Of a stretch of DNA of 64,000 bases, positions 50,901 to 59,228 are shown in pieces (the first letter of the stretch is position 1; each line of letters begins with the position of its first letter). The notes beneath the pieces are model-generated. The model was not told the DNA's origin and searched no databases. It saw only the letters and a list, made by a program, of their open reading frames with translations. The position numbers were made by a program, and so were the translations under genes. The DNA lies in contig CACOVO010000002.1 of NCBI GenBank assembly GCA_902630715.1, forward strand, positions 20,603-84,602. Direction: 5' to 3'. Origin of the DNA: an uncultured SAR86 cluster bacterium. Its GTDB lineage: Bacteria; Pseudomonadota; Gammaproteobacteria; Magnimaribacterales; Magnimaribacteraceae.

Positions 50901-52109
50901 TTAGAGATTATTTTTTTCTATGAATTTCTTAAAAGAATCCAGACAGCCGGAGTAATGAACAGTTTCCATATTCCTCTTCATCATTTCCCTCCAGTTTTGT
51001 TTAGATTTCTCTTGTTCAGGATCCTTGTAGCCATCGATTGATCCTAGGGTAAATCCAATATATTGAATCCACATATTAATGAAAATAAGTTTTGTATCAT
51101 CGAGCAGTTGATCAAAGGAGTAAGAGTTTTTTATTTCTTCATTATCAGAAGTAAGAGAGTCATAGTAAATTTGTGTAAGTTCTTCAAGTTTATGAATCAT
51201 TCCGCTTTCAAGGGAATACGAGTTAAACCATAGTTGACTAAACTCATTACTTGCAGGACCGGCAGCCCACATCTGCCAGTCAATTATTCCAATAGTCTTT
51301 CCATCTTTAGATTTGAATATATTATTTCCTCTGGCATCCCCATGAGTGATGGTTCTTGGTCGATCTTGTAAATCTTCAATGAGTTTATCTTGAATTTTTT
51401 TAGCATTTTCAGAACTGTAAATTTTGTCAATCTCTAGTATCGTTTTTTGCGTTTCGTCATCAACCATCGCTAATAGATCTTCATCATAGACTTCTTGCCA
51501 CTTTGGCAGTACCTGATTCCAAGCTGTAGTACCCTCGTCCCAAAAGCTATCGTTTAACGACTGCCAATGAGCTTTAAATGGTCCTAATCCCGGGTCATTA
51601 GACACTGGTTCTCCCCAACAAGCCGCATGAAAAGAACCTAAATCCTTCATTAGCATAGCCGTATCATCGTAATCCATCGGATTATCAAATTGATCAAAAG
51701 GCATCCAGTTGTCGCTATCAAAATCTTCAAGGATCAAGCAAAATTCTTTACAATCATTGTCATTTTCGTCCCTAAATATTGCATAACACTCAGGCACTCT
51801 TATGGAATCTCTAACTTTTTCAATTAGAGTAGAATAGAAGTAAACTTCTTTTGCATAAACTTGAGTTGAAAGACATAACTCAACAACTTCTGGTATTTCT
51901 TTTGTACATTTGACAAAACAACTCTTAGGCAAATCTGACGGAGTTTCATATTCAATATCAAAAACTCTAAAAGCATCAGCAAGAACTCCTCCTGCAGTCA
52001 TACTTGTATCAAGATTGAAAGATTTAACTTTCTTGCCAAAACATTTTTCCAAGAATTCACACGTCATTTCACTGGGATAAAGCGGGAAATCTCTGTTTAC
52101 ATTGTTCAT
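50901..52109 (-). CDS. Small-molecule kinase, ecdysteroid-kinase-like (EcKL/DUF1679)
   Basis: FVKCT, YAKEVYFY, VPECY, LILEDF, TITHGDARGNNIF and IIDWQ motifs. Confidence 0.78.
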   Translation of the reverse strand: MNNVNRDFPLYPSEMTCEFLEKCFGKKVKSFNLDTSMTAGGVLADAFRVFDIEYETPSDLPKSCFVKCTKEIPEVVELCLSTQVYAKEVYFYSTLIEKVRDSIRVPECYAIFRDENDNDCKEFCLILEDFDSDNWMPFDQFDNPMDYDDTAMLMKDLGSFHAACWGEPVSNDPGLGPFKAHWQSLNDSFWDEGTTAWNQVLPKWQEVYDEDLLAMVDDETQKTILEIDKIYSSENAKKIQDKLIEDLQDRPRTITHGDARGNNIFKSKDGKTIGIIDWQMWAAGPASNEFSQLWFNSYSLESGMIHKLEELTQIYYDSLTSDNEEIKNSYSFDQLLDDTKLIFINMWIQYIGFTLGSIDGYKDPEQEKSKQNWREMMKRNMETVHYSGCLDSFKKFIEKNNL

Positions 52110-52203
52110 CAATTAACTCCTTTTATTTACAAAGCCTATCACATAAAACTCTGTAAAAAGTTAAAAGAATCTGTAAAATTCGCACTGCGCCCGCTTATTC
52201 AAA

Positions 52204-53610
52204 GTGGATTTAATCTTAGTAAACAGAAATCTTAGGCTTAAAGATAACGCGGCTCTTTTTTATGGTTCGCTTAGCCAAAACTACCGTGTAATTTATCTAT
52301 ACGATAAGTGTTACTGGAACTCTAATGGGAGATCTAAGGTGCAATTTGGATTTTTTCTTGAATCCTTAGAAGAACTTGATGCGAGCCTAAAAAAACTAAA
52401 CTCTAGTGTTGAGGTTTTTGAAGGTAATTTCTCAGAATTAAGGAAATATATTGATGAGAATTATCCCCAGTCTAAAATTCATGTCAATCACACAACAGAT
52501 ACAAGCTATTTCAGAAATAATTTTTCAGACTTTAAAAAGCATTTTGATCGTAACGAAAGAATTTTAATTTACAGTGATTTTGGTGTTCAAACCGGAGATG
52601 TAAACAGAGATAAATGGGCTTTTGAGTGGAACAAGCTTATGAAAAAAAATTTATTGGATATTCCTAAGCCAAACATAAAAAGTTCTCATATAGGTCTAAC
52701 CACTGTTTTGGAATTCAAAAATAAATTTAAATCAGATAAAAAAACAACTTTCCAAAGTGGGGGATCAAGCAAAGCATATGAACTGTTAAATTCTTTTTTA
52801 ATGGACAGGTCTCATGGTTATAGTCGAAATATGTCTAGCCCTATTGAAGCTGAAACATCTTGCTCAAGACTGTCACCACATATATCTTTTGGAACGATTT
52901 CCATAAGAGAGATATATCAAAAACTAGAAGCTTTCTATCCCTTTTCAAACAACAAAAGCGATTTAAATTCCTTCAGAAAGAGGCTTTACTGGCATTGTCA
53001 TTTCATACAGAAATTAGAGACTGAGCCTGAGCTTGAATATTGTTCTATGCACAGAATGTGTGACAACTTACGCGAAAAAGAAAATAAAGAACTTATAGAA
53101 AAATGGATAACCGGACAAACTGGATATCCTTTTATGGATGCATGCATTAAGTACCTCAGAGAAAATGGCTGGATAAATTTCAGGATGAGAGCAATGATTA
53201 TGTCTTTCGCATCATATAATCTCTGGCAACCATGGCAATTAACTTCACCCTTGTTGGCAGAATTGTTTGTTGACTACGAACCGGGTATTCATATCCCTCA
53301 AGTACAAATGCAAAGCGGAGTTACGGGTATTAATCTACCAAGGATCTATTCAGTTACTAAACAAAGTAGGGATCAAGATGCAGATGGCATATGGATTAAG
53401 AAGATAATCCCTTCATTGGAGGGATTAGACCCGGATGAAATACATGATGCAAACCTTAACGGGAGTTACATTCCCAGGATAGTTGATCATAAAGAGTCTT
53501 CAAAATTCGCTCGTGATAAAATTTGGGCGGCCCGAAAAGGGCAAGAGTTCAAAACTATTGCTAGGTCTGTATACTTAAAACACGGAAGCAGGAAAAGGAG
53601 AAGTGCATGA
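52204..53610 (+). CDS. Photolyase/cryptochrome family flavoprotein (atypical subgroup)
   Basis: RNLRLKDNAAL, SRLSPHISFGTIS, W..GQTGYPFMDAC and GWINFRMRAM motifs. Confidence 0.88.
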   Translation: MDLILVNRNLRLKDNAALFYGSLSQNYRVIYLYDKCYWNSNGRSKVQFGFFLESLEELDASLKKLNSSVEVFEGNFSELRKYIDENYPQSKIHVNHTTDTSYFRNNFSDFKKHFDRNERILIYSDFGVQTGDVNRDKWAFEWNKLMKKNLLDIPKPNIKSSHIGLTTVLEFKNKFKSDKKTTFQSGGSSKAYELLNSFLMDRSHGYSRNMSSPIEAETSCSRLSPHISFGTISIREIYQKLEAFYPFSNNKSDLNSFRKRLYWHCHFIQKLETEPELEYCSMHRMCDNLREKENKELIEKWITGQTGYPFMDACIKYLRENGWINFRMRAMIMSFASYNLWQPWQLTSPLLAELFVDYEPGIHIPQVQMQSGVTGINLPRIYSVTKQSRDQDADGIWIKKIIPSLEGLDPDEIHDANLNGSYIPRIVDHKESSKFARDKIWAARKGQEFKTIARSVYLKHGSRKRRSA

Positions 53611-54035
53611 ATATGACTCTAAGAAACTTTCTTGGTTACGCGGGCTTGTTGCCTTTTTTATTTTTTTCCATCTCTCCACTTTTATTTTCTTTCCCTGAAG
53701 GATATGTCTTCAACTTATTGTTATCTTTTTACGGGGGAGTAATTTTATCTTTCCTTGGGGGTATGACCTGGGGATGGACCTTGCAAAATTATCAAAATAG
53801 TTCTTTGATAGTCGGAGTTTCCGTATCCCTCATCGGGTTTTTTATAATATCGATATCTAACATGTTCCTTTTTTACAGTCTGTGTTTAAGTCTAGCTACA
53901 TTTATTTCCTTCTATTTATTTGAACTGAGGGTATCTGATCTTATGAATGATATTCAATATAAGAGGTTGAGAACCGTCTTAACGTTTGTAGTGTCTCTTT
54001 GCTACTTGACTAGTATCTTAACTTACGGATGGTAG
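53607..54035 (+). CDS. DUF3429-like membrane protein
   Basis: LGYAGLLPF, YGGVILSFLGG.TWG and Y.RLR..LT; ATGA overlap with the photolyase. Confidence 0.8.
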   Translation: MNMTLRNFLGYAGLLPFLFFSISPLLFSFPEGYVFNLLLSFYGGVILSFLGGMTWGWTLQNYQNSSLIVGVSVSLIGFFIISISNMFLFYSLCLSLATFISFYLFELRVSDLMNDIQYKRLRTVLTFVVSLCYLTSILTYGW

Positions 54036-54060
54036 AACATTTACCGACTATTGATTAAAA

Positions 54061-54387
54061 ATGAAAAAAATTTTTCATGAAAAAGACCTACTAGAGAAAA
54101 TAAAAGAAATTCCCTCACTTTCTGACATCGCAAAGAAATTTCCGCCAACAACTTACTTTATTTGTGAAGGATGTGAAGAAGTTCATTACCTTAATGAATT
54201 AACTTCACTAAGTACTTTGTCAAATTCTTCTTTTTTATTTCAATGCGCCGGCAAGAAATACCTTACAGGTCAAATTACAGGAACGGGATTTATCACCCAT
54301 GTAAAACATGAGAATGATGCGTTATCTGTAGAGTGGTTCTGCGAGGCTGATCTTTTTAAAAAGGCTTTTCCTGGCTTTGGTCATTAG
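54061..54387 (+). CDS. Hypothetical protein with CxxC..H motif
   Basis: 108-aa ORF fills the gap; FICEGCEEVH plus two more Cys. Confidence 0.6.
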   Translation: MKKIFHEKDLLEKIKEIPSLSDIAKKFPPTTYFICEGCEEVHYLNELTSLSTLSNSSFLFQCAGKKYLTGQITGTGFITHVKHENDALSVEWFCEADLFKKAFPGFGH

Positions 54388-54399
54388 ACGCTTTATCTC

Positions 54400-54828
54400 A
54401 TGACAATTAAGGAAGACATAGAAAACACTTATTTAAAATATAAAAGTATTTTTGAAGAAAAATTTTCTAAACCTTTTGAAGAGTTTGATATGGCTGAAAT
54501 TAGGGAGCAATTTAAATCATGGATTGAATCAAAAAATCCTATATTCAAAGATATGATTGATGCTGAGGATACTTTTCTTTACATATATCATTACAGAGAA
54601 CTTTTGGAGATAAGACGTAGAGCAATCTATTTACGGGAGCTCCAAGAATCTGATTCGTACGAAAGATTTATCCAAGAATTTTTTGATGAAAGTTCACCTT
54701 CCGGTTTACAAGAGCTAAAAGTACATCAAATAAATAACGAATCTGACAAAGTATGGTTTTCTAGAGATAAATCCTCTGAGCAGGTTATTTACGAGTGGCG
54801 CTTGGAGAGATTTTCTAAGTATCCTTGA
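54400..54828 (+). CDS. Hypothetical acidic/helical protein
   Basis: 142-aa ORF fills the gap; no motif recognised. Confidence 0.6.
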   Translation: MTIKEDIENTYLKYKSIFEEKFSKPFEEFDMAEIREQFKSWIESKNPIFKDMIDAEDTFLYIYHYRELLEIRRRAIYLRELQESDSYERFIQEFFDESSPSGLQELKVHQINNESDKVWFSRDKSSEQVIYEWRLERFSKYP

Positions 54829-54838
54829 ATTTCTTTGT

Positions 54839-55264
54839 TCAATCTTCCTGCTTTAACTTTTCCAAGCTTAATTTGTCTTTAAGGCTCATTAAGTAAGCAG
54901 CTCCAGCTAAAATCAGAATAGCACCGGCTTCCCACATGACCATCATCCCATCCATGTCCTTTGTTTGCATGATTATAAGTCTGCATAATGCAGTTATAGC
55001 AACAATAATTGGAAGAGTGACTGGGATGCGATTTGTGCTGTAAAAAGCGCCCACCATAGCGAGGATTTCAGCATATATGAATAACATAAACAGGTCACCG
55101 AGTTCTATTTGCTCATTTAGGAACATTTCAAAAAGATACATAGCAGATGCTATACATGTACAGATACCGATTATCGCTAGGAGGATTTTCTCACTCGCAA
55201 CCGTAGTCCAGCTTAACCCTTTGTTGACACCTTTTCCTAGAAAAACATTTAATTTTTCTTTCAT
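54839..55264 (-). CDS. PsiE family membrane protein
   Basis: DLFMLFIYAEILAMV and RIPVTLPI.VAITALCR; GGAGG RBS. Confidence 0.88.
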   Translation of the reverse strand: MKEKLNVFLGKGVNKGLSWTTVASEKILLAIIGICTCIASAMYLFEMFLNEQIELGDLFMLFIYAEILAMVGAFYSTNRIPVTLPIIVAITALCRLIIMQTKDMDGMMVMWEAGAILILAGAAYLMSLKDKLSLEKLKQED

Positions 55265-55273
55265 ATTTACCTC

Positions 55274-55678
55274 CTACATCAGGAAAATCCAAAACAGATT
55301 TACCACCAAAACGCTCATTGTCAGAATAACACTAATTCTATGAAGATTTGCGAATAATTTCCCATCACCTTCATCACGAGCCTGATTTGTTTTTCCAACT
55401 ATTGAATTGCAGACAAATCCTGCAGTTAAAGTAATAGTGCCAACTAAGTAAGGAATCATTGAGCTAGGCCCTTGAAAAAAAGTGATTATCACAAATATAA
55501 GTCCCGCAGAAGTCATTGATTTAAACAGCTTAGGGAAAAGAGATCTGAGTATTAAGGCTCTGCTTTCGACAGGCACATCCCTGAATACAGTGGGTGCAAC
55601 AAATGTAGACTGAAAAAGTATAAACCCACACACGAGACCGGATATTAAAATTTGTAAAAAGGTTAAGTCAATCACCAA
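55274..55678 (-). CDS. DUF4149 family membrane protein
   Basis: FVAPTVF, R.LFP and FANLHRISV motifs. Confidence 0.78.
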   Translation of the reverse strand: MVIDLTFLQILISGLVCGFILFQSTFVAPTVFRDVPVESRALILRSLFPKLFKSMTSAGLIFVIITFFQGPSSMIPYLVGTITLTAGFVCNSIVGKTNQARDEGDGKLFANLHRISVILTMSVLVVNLFWIFLM

Positions 55679-55687
55679 ATATACTCC

Positions 55688-57784
55688 TTAGTTAGGTACA
55701 TAATAAACTTTAGAAGTATTTTTATCTAAAAGTTCAGAATCATAAAAAGTTGGTTTATAGACCTCATTAACATAAAGATTCATTTGGTCATCGAAATGTT
55801 TTGATGTGTTGTCTTGGGTCGCACTACCGTATTGGTGAATACTTTTCGATTGTTGTTTTTTGTCTTTATCCCAACTCACATGTATGTAAAGACCATCTCC
55901 ACCTGCAGCTTTGAGATCGCCTTCGTTATCATTCCTACCATAGATGGCCCTCAAAACATCAGGACCTCCTTGAACAGATATTTTCTTTTGCCCTCTTACT
56001 ATAAAGTTCCTTTCAGACCATTTTGGATCAACTTTTCCATAGGTCTCATTCAATTCAGTTACACAATCTCTAAAAGAAATTTCGGGATCTTGAGGGATTC
56101 TTTGACCTTGTTCAGAGATCCACTCGTTGGAGAGAACACAAACACCTAAAGCAGCTGAAGTATTATTAAAATTTGTACTTAAATCCCAATCTCTTAAAAC
56201 ATTTTTGGCATAATTGAGTTCATCTGTTTCAAAATCTATTTCAAAAATTTTTGAAATATATTTATAGGACCGTGACTGCACAGAATATTTATTATCAAAC
56301 TTTATATCATCGAAGTCTTGTTCGCTAATGGATGAATAACTATCGAATAGCTCAATAGATCTATAGGCCCTATTGGTCATTCTTGTTTGTAAACCCAGTG
56401 TAGGAGAAAAATCTTTAGCAGATAAATTATCCATTTCATTTGTCACTTTAAAAGGATCTTGATTGGTACTCGCTAGCCATCCTGAAGATGGATTCTTAAT
56501 TTGAGGAATTTTTTCAAATTCTACATACTCATCCCAGATAAGATCAGATCTAGTTCCATCAATAGTATTACTCCAATCCAAACCTTCTTTTCTGAGAGGC
56601 GACGAGGAGTTGTGCAAAAAGAATATGTTGCCTTCCTTGTCAGCAAAAACACCATTAAAAGATACGATTGATCTTTTTTTCATTGCACTTATCCAATCTG
56701 CAATAGATTGAGATTTGTTCATTGCATACCATTGATTCACTTGTTTAATATCTTTCATTCCAGAAAATCTCAGCGCATAACTTTTATCACCAACCTCCAG
56801 CACAGGGCCATGCTGTGAGTATTTCGCGTCTCTTTCAACTGTCCATTCTATGGGTCCAAAAATTTTAACTGGAAGTTTAATCGTCTCCTTCGTGAAATCT
56901 TTCCACTCTCCATCAAGAAGATATTGATCCTCATTGTTTGGGTTGATAGTTAGTTCATAGCTATCAGATAGATCGGGTTTGTTAACAGTAAAGCCCCAAG
57001 CAATATTTTCATTGAAGCCAACAAAAATAAAAGGCGAACCTGGAAAAAGACCTCCCATCATATTCCAACCTTCGTCGCTTTTTATATGCGCCTCATACCA
57101 CGCCAGCGGGCCTTCTAAAGGCTGATGAGAATTTATAATTATACGTGTCGACTTATCTTCAGTCTTATTTGAATTAACCGCCAGAACATTAGATCCTGTA
57201 ACAAATTGCTGATTACGATATAGAGAAGTGTATTCTTCTTTTATCTCTGCTTCTCTTTGAAGTTTCTCAATAGAACTTACAACTCCTGAAAAAAATAGAT
57301 TTTGTATCGCAAAACCAGCAACAATATCTTTCTCGGTTACGGGGAAAAAGTGACTATACTCATTCTCAGGATTCTTTATCATCCAATAGTTAATTCCCGC
57401 AGCATAAGCTTCAATTACTTTTCTTACGTTTTCGTCTAAGTCAATAAGGTAGTTTTCATCAATGTTTTCTCTAATTTTTAAAACCTTAATTAAATAGTCT
57501 TGAACAGCACCACTAATACCATCCCTGAGCCCCATTTGTGCTCTGTATAAGTACATATTTTCAGCAATGTTTTTGAAATCATCTTCAGCATGGGCATAAG
57601 CAAGGCCGAAAGCTGCATCAGCGTCGGTTTCTCCATAAACGTGAGGCACACCCCAAATATCTCTTTTGATTTCTGCTTTATATAAACTAGATTTCTCAAG
57701 GTAAAAATTAATTTTTGAATCGTCAAGAGACTTACAAGAGACAAGCATCATCAAGATAAGCGAAAAAGAAGAAATTTTTATCAT
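55688..57784 (-). CDS. Penicillin/AHL/aculeacin acylase family Ntn-hydrolase (lipoprotein)
   Basis: Lipobox LVSC; RDIWGVPHVYG, FGLAYAHAED, G|SN beta-subunit nucleophile and WYEAH. Confidence 0.9.
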   Translation of the reverse strand: MIKISSFSLILMMLVSCKSLDDSKINFYLEKSSLYKAEIKRDIWGVPHVYGETDADAAFGLAYAHAEDDFKNIAENMYLYRAQMGLRDGISGAVQDYLIKVLKIRENIDENYLIDLDENVRKVIEAYAAGINYWMIKNPENEYSHFFPVTEKDIVAGFAIQNLFFSGVVSSIEKLQREAEIKEEYTSLYRNQQFVTGSNVLAVNSNKTEDKSTRIIINSHQPLEGPLAWYEAHIKSDEGWNMMGGLFPGSPFIFVGFNENIAWGFTVNKPDLSDSYELTINPNNEDQYLLDGEWKDFTKETIKLPVKIFGPIEWTVERDAKYSQHGPVLEVGDKSYALRFSGMKDIKQVNQWYAMNKSQSIADWISAMKKRSIVSFNGVFADKEGNIFFLHNSSSPLRKEGLDWSNTIDGTRSDLIWDEYVEFEKIPQIKNPSSGWLASTNQDPFKVTNEMDNLSAKDFSPTLGLQTRMTNRAYRSIELFDSYSSISEQDFDDIKFDNKYSVQSRSYKYISKIFEIDFETDELNYAKNVLRDWDLSTNFNNTSAALGVCVLSNEWISEQGQRIPQDPEISFRDCVTELNETYGKVDPKWSERNFIVRGQKKISVQGGPDVLRAIYGRNDNEGDLKAAGGDGLYIHVSWDKDKKQQSKSIHQYGSATQDNTSKHFDDQMNLYVNEVYKPTFYDSELLDKNTSKVYYVPN

Positions 57785-57903
57785 ATGCTTTAGTAAATTT
57801 TTTACTATTTTATAGAATCTGATGTTTTATGAACAAAATATCTTTTATGTTTTTCTCCTGATTAAGTTATATTCTAGTTTCATAATCAAATAGGAGATAA
57901 GTT

Positions 57904-58629
57904 ATGAAAATTATAAGAACATTTATATGCATTATTTCTTTATCTTTCATTGCTAGCAATTCATTTGCTTCAAATGCTGATACAGCAATTTCTTGGATAA
58001 ATGCTGCTTACACTGGAAAAGATGAAATGATGGCTTCTGTGAAGGAAAACATGGCTGAAGATGGCTTGAATTATCCTGGCAGGTTTGTTGGCTTTGGTTT
58101 TAATTGGAATCCTGATTTTGATGAAGGAAGGATGGTCGTTCAGAGAGTTATTGCTGACAGTCCTGCTGAAGGAATTTTAAAATCTGGAGATGAATTTATT
58201 TCCGTAGAAGGTGTAGAAGTCAATCAAAAGAATATCGATGAAGAGAAGTTACCTTTTTCTGGACTTCCAGGAAAGAGGGTTAATGCTGTAATACTTAGGA
58301 ACGGCGTAGAAAAGAATATTGCTGTAACACGAGGCATTGTTAATTCATTTAATACAAAGTCTCAAGTTTTAGAAAATTTATCCGGTGCAGATCCAGAAAA
58401 TTGGACAACTATCGAGCACCGTATCAATGAAGTTGCAACTAATGATGAAGATAATACAGTTTATGTTTGGCATTGGCACAAGTCCAAAAACACTACATTT
58501 GATTTGGAGTTTGAACAAAACGTTGTAACAAGATTTGCCTTCAATGACGAAGGTAAGGTGATTGCTAGAGGAGACCTCTCTGAAGAAAGGCTTGTCCAAA
58601 GCCAGTTGGGATTTTCTCTTACAAGATAA
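57904..58629 (+). CDS. Secreted PDZ-domain protein with NTF2/SnoaL-like flanks
   Basis: Signal peptide; FVGFG and V..VIADSPA..LKSGDEFISVEG PDZ pattern; AGGAG RBS. Confidence 0.72.
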   Translation: MKIIRTFICIISLSFIASNSFASNADTAISWINAAYTGKDEMMASVKENMAEDGLNYPGRFVGFGFNWNPDFDEGRMVVQRVIADSPAEGILKSGDEFISVEGVEVNQKNIDEEKLPFSGLPGKRVNAVILRNGVEKNIAVTRGIVNSFNTKSQVLENLSGADPENWTTIEHRINEVATNDEDNTVYVWHWHKSKNTTFDLEFEQNVVTRFAFNDEGKVIARGDLSEERLVQSQLGFSLTR

Positions 58630-58637
58630 AGTAACTC

Positions 58638-58675
58638 AAATGGCGGTTCGTTCACCGGACTGCCATTTTACTTTT
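58638..58675 (+). terminator. Rho-independent terminator
   Basis: AAATGGCGGTTCG-TTCAC-CGGACTGCCATTT forms a 13-bp stem (2 G-U) followed by a T tract. Confidence 0.82.
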
Positions 58676-58676
58676 A

Positions 58677-59141
58677 TCACTTAACTCCTGAGGGAGACAC
58701 CCTCGTTTTTCCCTTTGTAGTAATGACTTCTACAAGATCTCCAACTGAAAATTTATAATCTCCGATTTCCTGAACCACAGAGATTGTTCTTCCATCATCC
58801 ATGTTTATAGTAATTTGAGCACCGTCAACAGATTGAAAATTTTTAGAGATATTACCACCTAGAGTAGCTCCAATTGCGCCTCCTAAAACAGCACCAATCT
58901 CTGATTCCGGCTTCGAATCACTTACTCCACTTCCTGCAGCTGCTCCTACTAAACCTCCAACTATTGTCCCTGATTTCGTACTACCTTCAATACTAACATT
59001 TTTAATAGAAACAACTTCTCCATAAAGTACATTGGAGATTCTTTGCACAGAGTCACGTGGAAACGAATCTGATTTTAGCGACTCATTTGCGCAACTAAAC
59101 AGCAATAAACTTAAAGATGCGATTAGATATTTTTTAATCAT
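58677..59141 (-). CDS. Glycine-zipper outer-membrane lipoprotein (SlyB-like)
   Basis: Lipobox LFSC; GGLVGAAAG/GAVLGGAIG repeats; MDDGRTISVVQ. Confidence 0.86.
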   Translation of the reverse strand: MIKKYLIASLSLLLFSCANESLKSDSFPRDSVQRISNVLYGEVVSIKNVSIEGSTKSGTIVGGLVGAAAGSGVSDSKPESEIGAVLGGAIGATLGGNISKNFQSVDGAQITINMDDGRTISVVQEIGDYKFSVGDLVEVITTKGKTRVSPSGVK

Positions 59142-59228
59142 AACTTTTTAGAGTTTAAACTAAAGAATAAGTTCGGGCGAACAGAAAATTCTTTCGAAAA
59201 AATATAATAATATTTCAAATTAGTGTGA

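Noticed and set aside
59163-59194. Imperfect hairpin AAAGAAT..GTTCG-GG-CGAAC..ATTCTTT upstream of the SlyB-like gene
   Set aside because: The core loop is too small and the arms are AT-rich; not enough support for a terminator or regulatory RNA
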